NCBI GenBank assembly: GCA_031404135.1
Contig: JANNHA010000071.1
Coordinates: 6,198-70,197, forward strand
DNA from: Verrucomicrobiota bacterium
Lineage (GTDB): Bacteria; Verrucomicrobiota; Verrucomicrobiia; Opitutales; Opitutaceae
Length of the DNA: 64,000 nt
Direction of reading: 5' to 3'
Shown here: positions 8,844 to 17,850 of the stretch, piece by piece
How the letters are laid out: each line of letters starts with the position of its first letter
Position numbering within the stretch: position 1 is the first letter of the stretch
Made by a program: the position numbers and the translations under genes
The notes under the pieces: generated by a model
Told to the model about the DNA's origin: nothing
The model's database searches: none
The model's input: the letters and a program-made list of their open reading frames with translations, nothing else

Positions 8844-11171
8844 ATGAAAATCCGCCTAACCCTCATCGTCGTCTTGCTCGCAGCGGGCGTGCCGCTGCTT
8901 CATGCCCAAGCACCGGGCGCACGGCAGACCCCGCCGCGTATCGGTTATGCTTATCCCGCAGGCGGTAAACAGGGCACAACTTTCAGGATGAGCGTGGGGG
9001 GACAATATTTAGAAGGAATCACGGAGGCCCAGTTTTTTGGCGCAGGCATCAGCGCCCGCGTCGTCGACTATCTGCACCCAACCAGTCAAAAGGAGATTGA
9101 TGTTTTAAAAGTTGAGCTCGAAAAGTTACAAGAGAAGCGCAAAGCCATTCGCCAGGGCCTGATGGGGCAGGGCAGTCCGGAAACGCCACGCCCGGTGTGG
9201 ACGCCTGAAGACGAAAAACGCGGCGACGAAATTCGGCAGAAAATGGGATTTCGCATAAACCGGCAGACCGCACCAGCCATCTGCGAGGCGGTTGTTCTTG
9301 AAGTCACGATTGCTCCCAATGCCGAGCCTGGTGATCGCGAGATCCGCCTGCTCAACCCGAATGGTCTGTCTAACCCACTGCTCTTTCAGGTCGGCCAGCT
9401 CGCTGAGTTTTCCGAAACAGCCGCTTTCCCTAATACCATGGCTCCGGAAGGTCGCAATCCTGACAATCCGAAGCCGGTTTCTGTCAGCCCGGAGCGCATC
9501 GTCACGCTGCCGGCCGTGGTCAACGGCCAGATCATGCCGGGAGAGCGCGACCGTATCCGTTTTTCGGCGACAAAGGGTCAAAAGCTCGTCATCGCGGTTT
9601 GTGCACGCGCTCTCATTCCGTATCTCGCCGATGCCGTGCCGGGCTGGTTTCAGGCCACGCTGGCATTGCAGGATGCGAAGGGCCATGAGCTCGCCTACGA
9701 CGATGACTTTCGTTTTAGTCCCGACCCGGTTCTCTATTATGAAATTCGTGCGGATGGCGAATATGTGATCGAGATCAAAGATTCCATCTATCGCGGTCGG
9801 CAGGACTTCATTTACCGCATCTCGGTGGGGGAACTACCGTTTATAACCAATCTATTTCCCCTGGGTGGCCGTGTGGGCGAGAAGACTGCGGTCGAAATTC
9901 ACGGATGGAATTTACCCGCCGCCAAGATGCTCATGGATGCGACCGGCCGGGCGCCTGGCAATTTTCTGCTTTCCGTGCCTCGCAACAACTTGTCTTCAAA
10001 TCAGGTCGCCTTCGCGCTCGATGTCGGCCCGGAGGTGGTGGAAGCCGCGTCCAACGACGATGTTGCTCATGCGCAAAAACTGACACTGTCCGTTATCGCC
10101 AACGGCCGCATCGAAAAGCCGGGTGATCGCGATTTCTTCAGTTTTGAAGGACGTGCCGGTGACGAAATTGTGGCGGAGGTGTTTGCGCGCCGTTTGAATT
10201 CGCCACTTGATTCGATTCTTCAGGTGACCGATGCGCAGGGAAAACAAGTCGCCGTTAACGATGACAATGAGGATAAGGCCGCTGGTCTCACCACGCATCA
10301 CGCCGATTCGCGCATCGCGCTGAAGCTTCCGGCCGATGGTGTTTATTATATCCAATTATCGGATACGCAGCATCAGGGCGGCCCGGAGTTTTCTTATCGG
10401 CTGCATGTCGGGCCGCCGCGTCCCGACTTCGAGCTGCGCGTCGCGCCTTCGAGCATCAACGTCCGCGGTGGTGCGCATGTGCCGGTTACGGTCTTTGCGC
10501 TGCGTAAGGATGGTTTCGCTGGGGAGATTGAGCTGGGGCTGCGCGACAGTTCGCGGGCCTTTGGTTTGAGCGGGGCCCGGATTCCCGCGGGCCAGGACAA
10601 AATTCGTTTTACCTTAACCACGCCGGCGACTCCGCGCGACGAAGCCTATCCCGTTACCTTTGTTGGACGCGCTATGGTGGGAGGAAAAACAGTGGGTCGC
10701 CAAGCCGTGCCGACGGAGGACATGATGCAGGCGTTCGCCTACCGGCATCTGGTGCCGTCGAAAGAAATGAAAGTGCAGGTCATCGGCCGCAGTGGTGGCG
10801 GTGTGCCGAAGTCAGCTCTGCGCCTGGTGGACAGGACACCGCTTAAGATTCCGGTTGGCGGTACGGCAAAGTTCGACGTGGCGGTGCAGCTTGGAAAGAC
10901 GTTTGAAGCCATCCAGGTCGAACTGAGCGAACCGCCCGAAGGCGTTTCGATTCAAGAATCCGACGAAGGTCCGGGAGTGATGACGGTGGTTTTTGCCGCC
11001 GACGCTGCGAAGGTGAAGGCCGGTCAGCAGGGAAATCTGATCTTGATGGCCACAGGCGAACGAGCGAACGCGGCCGAAAAGAAAGAGGACAAGGCCAAGA
11101 AAAAGACGGGCGTACGGCGCATTCCGCTGAGTGCCTTGCCCGCGATTTCTTACGAAATCGTGGCGCCCTGA
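8844..11171 (+). CDS. Secreted multi-domain protein with pre-peptidase C-terminal (PPC)-like domains
   Basis: Signal peptide MKIRLTLIVVLLAAGVPLLHA. PPC-like block GRIEKPGDRDFFSFEGRAGDEIVAEV...LDSILQVTDAQGKQVAVNDD. Its start overlaps the end of the DUF1501 gene. Confidence 0.65.
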   Translation: MKIRLTLIVVLLAAGVPLLHAQAPGARQTPPRIGYAYPAGGKQGTTFRMSVGGQYLEGITEAQFFGAGISARVVDYLHPTSQKEIDVLKVELEKLQEKRKAIRQGLMGQGSPETPRPVWTPEDEKRGDEIRQKMGFRINRQTAPAICEAVVLEVTIAPNAEPGDREIRLLNPNGLSNPLLFQVGQLAEFSETAAFPNTMAPEGRNPDNPKPVSVSPERIVTLPAVVNGQIMPGERDRIRFSATKGQKLVIAVCARALIPYLADAVPGWFQATLALQDAKGHELAYDDDFRFSPDPVLYYEIRADGEYVIEIKDSIYRGRQDFIYRISVGELPFITNLFPLGGRVGEKTAVEIHGWNLPAAKMLMDATGRAPGNFLLSVPRNNLSSNQVAFALDVGPEVVEAASNDDVAHAQKLTLSVIANGRIEKPGDRDFFSFEGRAGDEIVAEVFARRLNSPLDSILQVTDAQGKQVAVNDDNEDKAAGLTTHHADSRIALKLPADGVYYIQLSDTQHQGGPEFSYRLHVGPPRPDFELRVAPSSINVRGGAHVPVTVFALRKDGFAGEIELGLRDSSRAFGLSGARIPAGQDKIRFTLTTPATPRDEAYPVTFVGRAMVGGKTVGRQAVPTEDMMQAFAYRHLVPSKEMKVQVIGRSGGGVPKSALRLVDRTPLKIPVGGTAKFDVAVQLGKTFEAIQVELSEPPEGVSIQESDEGPGVMTVVFAADAAKVKAGQQGNLILMATGERANAAEKKEDKAKKKTGVRRIPLSALPAISYEIVAP

Positions 11172-11236
11172 GTTGGCTATTGAGGTTAGTTTTGGCGGTT
11201 GATCAAAGCGGGTGTTCGCAGAAAACGGATGCCCGG
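11133..11236. repeat. Direct repeat copy A (last 12 codons of the PPC-domain gene plus about 60 nt downstream)
   Basis: GCCTTGCCCGCGATTTCTTACGAAATCGTGGCGCCCTGA ... GCAGAAAACGGATGCC aligns at roughly 70-75% identity with 17977-18068. Confidence 0.55.
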
Positions 11237-11251
11237 TAAAACGGCGTCGGG

Positions 11252-11584
11252 TCAAAATTTAGCTTCGAGGGCTTGGGTGATCTCGGCATCGAGATCGGCA
11301 TCGCGAGGGAGTTGGCGGGAGTGGCCCTGGCGGTCAATGAGCCATTTGGTGGGGAAGCTCGTCACGCCGTAGCGCCGGGCAATGGATTCTTGAGTGCCTA
11401 GGTTGTCGAGGACTTGAAGCCATTTTAGGTTTTTGGCTTCGAGAAATTTTGTGAGGGCGGTGCGCTCGCGATCGTGGGAGATGCCGATCATTTCCAAGCC
11501 CGAGGCGCGGTGTTTTTCGTAGAGTGCGGCGAGTGTTACTATTGGGACGAGAATTTTATTAGCGGATAAAGTGGTGTGGATTGT
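11252..11584 (-). pseudogene. Truncated TlpA/ResA-like thiol-disulfide oxidoreductase (CxxC region missing)
   Basis: Translation ...LAALYEKHRASGLEMIGISHD...YGVTSFPTKWLIDRQGH matches the part of redoxin-fold proteins that follows the CxxC. The frame is open only to 11584, with no WCxxC and no ATG/GTG start (only TTG at 11497). Confidence 0.45.
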
Positions 11585-11771
11585 TTAGTTAGGAAAAGGA
11601 GCGGAATATATATTGACCTCGATGGATTGGTTGGTCACCTACCTGCGCAACGTTTTTATTTCAATGCGGGAGGGGCCTTTTCGGGAGGCCACAAAACACG
11701 GCGAGATGAAATCTCCGGCCAGCATCACTTCAGTACAACGGCTAACCTTTGTTTGCTATATTCGTTACCCC

Positions 11772-14700
11772 ATGAACACCCAACGTCTAACTTCCGCCCG
11801 TACTCCCACGTCGAGTGCCCCTATGCTCGCCCGGGCTCGTCGCTCGGTTGAACATGTCTCCTTTTGGTCACTCCTTTGTCGGGTGTTGCTGATCGGACAA
11901 TTCTTGCTGCCGACGCTGCCGGCGCGGGCGTGCGATTGGGATGAGCCCGACCCCGACCCCGAGCTCGTAGGGAGTGTAGATGTAATGATGGGCACGGATT
12001 ACTTTTTGGGTGCCTATGGTGAATTCTGTGAAGCTGATGTTTACGAAACAACGGAAACGTGGTGTGATTGGTATGAATGTTGGGAAAATGTTTATCAATG
12101 GGAGGACGCAGCATGGTGTGAGCCTATTGACGATGATGGTTGCGAAGGTGTAAATCCGCTCAATCCGGCTACGGGTAGCGTTCACCGAAAAATTAATGAT
12201 TTGGGCGGTCAAGGAGCGCTTAAATTTCAGCGTTATCACAATTCCGTGCCGCGCTTCACGTGGCAGAAGCTGAAATCCAGCGGCTTTGGGGATGGCGGGG
12301 ACTGGCGCCATAACTGGCAGTACGATCTGGTCGCGGACCGAGACAAAGATGGGGCACTCTATTTCCAATTTATCTATCCTTCCGGCCGACGAGTCGGAAT
12401 GAAATCCGACGGTGCCGGAACCTACGTGGGGCTTTATCAGGGCCCAGAACGTGCGCAGGTGTTGCCTTCGGGCCAAGTCGAATTCACGACGGGCGATGGG
12501 TCGCGGATTCTTTTTGCGCCGATACCTCGTATCGATTGGCGCACTTATTATACACCGAAAACGCTCACTCGGATCGGTGACCAAGTTTATACCTTTTCCC
12601 GAGATGGCGCGGGGCGATTGACCCGAGTCACCGATCCCGAGGGGCGCTGGCTAAACTTTGTCTATCGGGATATTGTGAAGCAGGGGTATCCTTGGCAGAA
12701 GGTCGCGACTTTGAGCGCACCTCCGGTGGCTGGTCAGTGGAATGAGATCACGCTGCCCGCAGAGCTGCGCTTACCTGCAACTCAGGTAAGCGTGCTGGTC
12801 CCTGGGGGTGCGGCCGTAGCTGATTTACAGTTTTTGGATGAAAGTGGGGCGGTGATAGCCCGCGATTCCTCTTCTGGAGCTCAGCCCGGAAATTTATTGT
12901 CGGTTGATGTTCCCGGTTCAGGTTTCCGCTTAGGCAAAGTGCGCTTTCTGCCTGCGCCCGGTAAAGAAGCGTTGTTAGTTGGTCTGGTCGTCAACTTGAT
13001 CTTGGTGCAGCCGCCGAGTGAAACGCAGTCGGTGATTTCCAGAGTGGAGACCAGTGATGGTCGTGCGGTGGACTACTATTATGCGATTTCTGCGCAGACG
13101 ATGAACGAACGGGTGATCTTGAGCGCAGCGCGGTATGGTGATGGCACCATGGCGCAGTATGGCTACTCGAAGCCCTCGGATCAGTATGGCAAGCAAGCAT
13201 TGCTGATTTCTGCCGACGATCCGCGTTACTCCGGGCCGGCAAAAAAAATCCGCTATGAGTATTATCAACCTGTCCGAGACAACCAACGGGTGGGCACCAT
13301 CAAGGCCGAGATCAATCCGACCACCGGTCATGCGTGGGCGAAGTTGGAGCTAGATTCCGCCAACCCACTCAAGCGTATCGTCAGCTATTCGGATGATCGC
13401 TTACATGTCTATCAACTGCTGGACAACACGACTAAAGTGAAGTCACGGACCGATTCTCTGGGGCGTAAGAATCAATACGAATATGCTAAAACCGGCGGAT
13501 TGCCTACAGCTGCGGTAGATTATCGTGGTGGACGCATCGAATTGGAACGCGATACCTTCGGGTACCCCATTTCGCGTATTAATGCCAAAGGCGGGGTTGA
13601 CAAGGTTCAGCGTGATGCTCACGGACGCAAACTCCGAACTACCGATAGCCATGGCCGGGTTACCGAAATTGTGCGTGATAGCGCAGGGCGCCCACAGCGC
13701 ATCACTAAACCCGATGGCTCCGTGCATGAATTCAGCCGTGACAGCGCAGGTCGGGTTCTCACCTATTCTGGAAAAAAGGGGCGGATGACGATCGGTCGCG
13801 ATGCGCAAGGTCGTCAAGTCAGCCGTCGAGATGCGCTGGGTAATACTAAATACGCCACCTATGATAATTACGGCCATATCGTTAGCCTTGTCGATTCTCT
13901 TGCGGGCGTCACGCGATACGAGCGCAGTGAGCGCGGGCTCATCAACAAGGTCACGAACCCTGATGGGCGCAGTCATTCATTTACCTATGACGATTACGGC
14001 CGTAAAATAGGCGAAACTAATATGGCTGGGCTCACCGCCAGCTATATGTACGACGATCTCAGTCGGGTGACGAAGAAGGTCGATTTTGCGGGCGGCGTGA
14101 CCACCTATGACTACTCGGAGTTTCCCGGCGGCTGCGGCTCCTGCAGCCTGTCGCAACAGCCCACGCGCGTCGTCGGACCTGATGGCATCGTCACCACTTT
14201 TCTCTATGATACTGAAGGGCGCGTTCTGGCGCGCACGGTCGCCAGCGGCACGCCTGCCGCCGCGACCACGCTGAACGAGTATGATCTCGACGATAACCTG
14301 ACCAGTGTCACCAATCCGTTGGGGCGTATCACCCGTTACACGTATGATGATGAAAAACACCGTCTCACCGCAACCGATCCGCTCGGCCGCGTAACGAAGT
14401 GGACTTATAATGAGTTCGGTAATGCCACTTCCATCACGGCTCCCGATGGCGGCATCACTCACCGCACCTACGACAAAGGCCAGCGCCTACTCTCTGCGAC
14501 CAACGCGGCTGGCGATACCACGCGATTTAAATACGACTTAGCTGGTCGTGTGATTGAAACGACCAATGCCGCCAAAAAGACAACGACCTTCGCGTATGAT
14601 GCCCTTGGCCGCAAGACCGCCACAACCTTTGCCGATGGCAAACGCCAGACTTGGAGCTATGATGTCGTGGGTCGCGTGACCAGCACGGTCTCGCCCGACG

Positions 14701-16973
14701 GTGTCACCACGAGCACGACGTATGATGTCGGCAATCGCCCGCTCACGATCACCAGGAACATCCCCGGTGGTGCGACCGAGACCGTGGCGATGACGTATGA
14801 TGCCCTAGGCAATCGCATCACCACGACCGATGCTCTCGGGCGCACCACGCGCTCGACCTATGATGCGCATGGCCATGTGCTCACGAGCACTCGGCCCGAT
14901 GGCCAGATCGGCGCGCGCAACAGTTACGACGCGCAGGACAATCTCATCAGCACGACCGATGCCGCCGGGGCGACGACGACCTTTACTTACGATGCAGCCC
15001 GTAATCAGACCTCACTCACGGATGCGAAGGGCAGCACCTATCGGTTCACGTATGACGCCCAGCGCCGCAAGACAGCCATGGTTTATCCGGATGATTCGCA
15101 GGAAAAATGGACGTATGATGCCGCCGGGAATCTGATTACCTACACGACCCGCGCCGGAGCGACCAAGACGATCGCCTACAACGGCCTGAACCAACCGGTC
15201 AGCGAAACCTGGAGCGCAGGCAGCGGGATGAACGCGGTCAGCTATGAGTACGATGCCGCCGGAAAACTCCGCTTCGCCGACAACGGCCAGGCCAAGCTCG
15301 GTTACGTTTATGATGAGCTCGGACGCGTGGCCTCCGAAAGCACGAATATTTCTGCGCTCGTGCCCGGACTGCCCCTCGAAAGCATCGACTATCAATACGA
15401 CAAATTGGGCCGCCGCTCGGGTCTGACTTATCCCGACAACACGAAGGTCAACTACGAATACGATGCGCGCAGTCGACTCACCACAATCGACACCCAAGGC
15501 GGTGGTAATAAACCATTGGCAAAGTATGAGTATGACGCGCTGGGCCGCATCGAAAAACTCACGCGTGACAATGCCGTGGGCACGAGCTACACCTACGACA
15601 TGGCCGGGCAACTCATCGACATCGCGCACACCCAGGGCAACCAAACCTTAGCCTCCGCGCACTACGAGCTCGACCCGCTCGGCCGCCGCACCGCGCAGAC
15701 TCGTGAGGACAGCATAACCGAACGCTACACCTACGATGCCACGAGCCAGTTGACCGGCGTGAACTACGGAACTGTAGGAGGGGCTTCACGCCCCGATTTC
15801 CCCACCACCGAAACCTTCGCGTACGATCCAACGGGCAACCGCACACAAGCCATCACCGTGAACCGTGAACCGAGAACCCAAAACTTCTCCTACACCACCA
15901 ACGCCCTGAACCAGTACACGCGGATCGATGTTGCCGACTCCTCGCTCCCTGCTCCCCGCTCCTCGCTTCCGACCTACGACCAGAACGGGAATCTCACGAA
16001 CGATGGCGAACGCAGGTTTAAATATGATTCGCAGAATCGGTTGATCGAAGTCGAAATGCTCGCTCCTCACTCCTCGCTCCTCGCTACTTACCATTACGAT
16101 CCCCGCAACCGCTGCGTCCTGCGCAAATATTATACACTTGGCACACAAGGCCAATGGGTGCTCAACACGACCGACTCCCGCGCCCTCACGTATGACGCGG
16201 GCTGGAACCTCCTCGCCGAGCGCACACTCGATGGCGTCCAATCCGCCAAATACATCCACGGAATCCGCACCGATGAAATCCTCCGTTCTGAAATCACAAA
16301 TCCATCAAATGGAAAATTGGAAAGCACCTACCCATTAGCGGACGGCTTGGGCAGCACAGTTGCGCTCACCAACAAGAACGGCAAAGTCACCGAACGCTAC
16401 CGCTACACCGCCTACGGCCAACCCACGGTTTTAAAATCCGACTACTCGCTCCCCGCTCCTGGCTCCTCGCTCCTGGGTTACCGCCACCTCTTCACCGGCC
16501 GTGAATGGCTCGCTAAAATCCAGCTCAACGATCACCGCAATCGGCATTACTCGCCAAACCTAGGCAGGTGGCTATCGACTGATCCCATTGGGTTCGAGGC
16601 CAAAGATGTCAATTTGTACCGATATGTTGGTGGCGATGTAATTGATCGGTATGATCCGAACGGGTTAAAGGAATTTGGAGATTGTTGGAGTAGTTGCATG
16701 GATGCAAACGGCGCAGACTGGGCGTTGGGGGCTCTTGGGGTTTCATTACCCGCAGTCAGTATTCCAAAACCATTTTATTCGGGTGCGCTTGGAAGCAGTA
16801 GCTGGACCACGGGGTTGAGCCTGCTAGAACATTACACCGGATTAGCTGCGAGACAGGTTGGCAGGCGGTGTAATCCGATTGCTAACGTCGTAGCAGTCGG
16901 TGCATTGAGCTACCTTGTTGGGCTGTCAGGAACTTGTTCCGTATATTGTTATGACGATCCGAATTCGTGGTAA
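11772..16973 (+). CDS. Rhs/YD-repeat polymorphic toxin with a short variable C-terminal tip
   Basis: Dozens of YD repeats (YxYDxxGR). The core-end motif DPIGFEAKDVNLYRYVGGDVIDRYDPNGL finishes at 16667. A 101-aa Cys/Gly-rich tip follows (16668-16970), where GC drops. The ATG at 11772 gives a hydrophobic leader. The ORF is open from 11613. Confidence 0.9.
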   Translation: MNTQRLTSARTPTSSAPMLARARRSVEHVSFWSLLCRVLLIGQFLLPTLPARACDWDEPDPDPELVGSVDVMMGTDYFLGAYGEFCEADVYETTETWCDWYECWENVYQWEDAAWCEPIDDDGCEGVNPLNPATGSVHRKINDLGGQGALKFQRYHNSVPRFTWQKLKSSGFGDGGDWRHNWQYDLVADRDKDGALYFQFIYPSGRRVGMKSDGAGTYVGLYQGPERAQVLPSGQVEFTTGDGSRILFAPIPRIDWRTYYTPKTLTRIGDQVYTFSRDGAGRLTRVTDPEGRWLNFVYRDIVKQGYPWQKVATLSAPPVAGQWNEITLPAELRLPATQVSVLVPGGAAVADLQFLDESGAVIARDSSSGAQPGNLLSVDVPGSGFRLGKVRFLPAPGKEALLVGLVVNLILVQPPSETQSVISRVETSDGRAVDYYYAISAQTMNERVILSAARYGDGTMAQYGYSKPSDQYGKQALLISADDPRYSGPAKKIRYEYYQPVRDNQRVGTIKAEINPTTGHAWAKLELDSANPLKRIVSYSDDRLHVYQLLDNTTKVKSRTDSLGRKNQYEYAKTGGLPTAAVDYRGGRIELERDTFGYPISRINAKGGVDKVQRDAHGRKLRTTDSHGRVTEIVRDSAGRPQRITKPDGSVHEFSRDSAGRVLTYSGKKGRMTIGRDAQGRQVSRRDALGNTKYATYDNYGHIVSLVDSLAGVTRYERSERGLINKVTNPDGRSHSFTYDDYGRKIGETNMAGLTASYMYDDLSRVTKKVDFAGGVTTYDYSEFPGGCGSCSLSQQPTRVVGPDGIVTTFLYDTEGRVLARTVASGTPAAATTLNEYDLDDNLTSVTNPLGRITRYTYDDEKHRLTATDPLGRVTKWTYNEFGNATSITAPDGGITHRTYDKGQRLLSATNAAGDTTRFKYDLAGRVIETTNAAKKTTTFAYDALGRKTATTFADGKRQTWSYDVVGRVTSTVSPDGVTTSTTYDVGNRPLTITRNIPGGATETVAMTYDALGNRITTTDALGRTTRSTYDAHGHVLTSTRPDGQIGARNSYDAQDNLISTTDAAGATTTFTYDAARNQTSLTDAKGSTYRFTYDAQRRKTAMVYPDDSQEKWTYDAAGNLITYTTRAGATKTIAYNGLNQPVSETWSAGSGMNAVSYEYDAAGKLRFADNGQAKLGYVYDELGRVASESTNISALVPGLPLESIDYQYDKLGRRSGLTYPDNTKVNYEYDARSRLTTIDTQGGGNKPLAKYEYDALGRIEKLTRDNAVGTSYTYDMAGQLIDIAHTQGNQTLASAHYELDPLGRRTAQTREDSITERYTYDATSQLTGVNYGTVGGASRPDFPTTETFAYDPTGNRTQAITVNREPRTQNFSYTTNALNQYTRIDVADSSLPAPRSSLPTYDQNGNLTNDGERRFKYDSQNRLIEVEMLAPHSSLLATYHYDPRNRCVLRKYYTLGTQGQWVLNTTDSRALTYDAGWNLLAERTLDGVQSAKYIHGIRTDEILRSEITNPSNGKLESTYPLADGLGSTVALTNKNGKVTERYRYTAYGQPTVLKSDYSLPAPGSSLLGYRHLFTGREWLAKIQLNDHRNRHYSPNLGRWLSTDPIGFEAKDVNLYRYVGGDVIDRYDPNGLKEFGDCWSSCMDANGADWALGALGVSLPAVSIPKPFYSGALGSSSWTTGLSLLEHYTGLAARQVGRRCNPIANVVAVGALSYLVGLSGTCSVYCYDDPNSW
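15936..15970 (+). repeat. In-frame heptamer array (GACTCCT CGCTCCC TGCTCCC CGCTCCT CGCTTCC) inside rhs
   Basis: Five consecutive 7-nt units, encoding DSSLPAPRSSLP. Confidence 0.65.
16059..16088 (+). repeat. In-frame heptamer array (CTCGCTC CTCACTC CTCGCTC CTCGCTA) inside rhs
   Basis: Four 7-nt units, encoding LAPHSSLLAT. Confidence 0.6.
16440..16474 (+). repeat. In-frame heptamer array (GACTACT CGCTCCC CGCTCCT GGCTCCT CGCTCCT) inside rhs
   Basis: Five 7-nt units, encoding DYSLPAPGSSLL. Near-copy of 15936-15970. Confidence 0.65.
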
Positions 16974-16975
16974 AT

Positions 16976-17389
16976 ATGAGCGGATTTCTTATTCTTGTGG
17001 GCGTTGTTATCGCATGGCTTGGATATGCGGCTAGGCAGATTGAAAAACGACGCCTTCCAGAAAAACTATCTAGATTTGCTGATAGAGAGTCGCTCTCTCC
17101 AGACATAATATATCAAAGATACTTCAACTCTAAGATGATGATACGGGTTGAAGAATTTATTCCAGTTTGGCAAGAAATAGGAGCACTTGCTAAACTTGAT
17201 CCAGAAAAGTTACGCCCATCAGATCGCTTCAAGGTAGAGCTGACGCCAGTATCTGGTCATTTGGTGGAAGACGAGCTTATCGATTTAGAGGATATGTTGC
17301 GTCGGAAATTGCGGCGTAAAGGGGCACCATTACCAAAGGAACCGCCGCAAAATCTTGAAGAGTACATCTGTATATTATTGGGGCCCTGA
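16976..17389 (+). CDS. Putative Rhs immunity protein (N-terminal TM helix)
   Basis: The ATG lies 2 nt after the rhs stop. AT-rich like the toxin tip. N terminus MSGFLILVGVVIAWLGYA is hydrophobic. I recognise no family; the call rests on position. Confidence 0.5.
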   Translation: MSGFLILVGVVIAWLGYAARQIEKRRLPEKLSRFADRESLSPDIIYQRYFNSKMMIRVEEFIPVWQEIGALAKLDPEKLRPSDRFKVELTPVSGHLVEDELIDLEDMLRRKLRRKGAPLPKEPPQNLEEYICILLGP

Positions 17390-17415
17390 GCCCCTGAAAA
17401 AGGGTCATGCTGCGA

Positions 17416-17445
17416 GGGCCAATAAAAAAAGGGCCAATAAAAAAA
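17416..17445. repeat. Tandem 15-mer GGGCCAATAAAAAAA x2
   Basis: Two exact adjacent copies just downstream of the immunity gene. Confidence 0.7.
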
Positions 17446-17485
17446 GGGTCGTGTTTTGTAGTTTGTAGTTGTTACCAACTTTTTT

Positions 17486-17850
17486 CTGGTCGTAAGAACT
17501 GCCAAATTGCGGTCGGATGACTTTTGGGCTTTGGGCCGGACTGGTATCGTATTTCGTAGCCAAATTGCCGCGCTGTGGTCGTATTTGTGACGGAAGCGAG
17601 CGGATGGGCAGATAGGAGGATGCAACGGTTACGATCAGACCGTAGCTGGCGCGCGCAGCCGATTTTCCATCGTACGTGTTCTGACCGGAGCGGTCGTAGG
17701 ATTTTGCGCCGAACTGTGGTCGTAGATCGGTTTTCGGGTCCGGCCGTACGCTCAGCGCGCAGCAATTTGGCTCGGCCGCGCTTTCATCGTAAGCGTTTCG
17801 GCCAAGGCGGTCGTACGGTTTTGAACTGCGCTGCCATCGTACGCCCACGT
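17486..17850. repeat. Degenerate repeat field with a periodic YCGTA core
   Basis: TCGTA/CCGTA cores at 17490, 17547, 17554, 17579, 17640, 17670, 17694, 17720, 17744, 17787, 17811 and 17837, many spaced 24-26 nt apart. The 48-nt units 17668-17716 and 17785-17833 are about 75% identical. Confidence 0.6.

Noticed and set aside
17405-17848. 147-aa minus-strand ORF with RPQFG..SYD..YD repeats in the repeat field after the Rhs immunity gene
   Set aside because: Not called as a CDS. Its repeats are explained by the DNA-level YCGTA periodicity, its C terminus is the translation of the GGGCCAATAAAAAAA tandem, and I recognise no homolog. It is kept as an alternative hypothesis in the corresponding finding.
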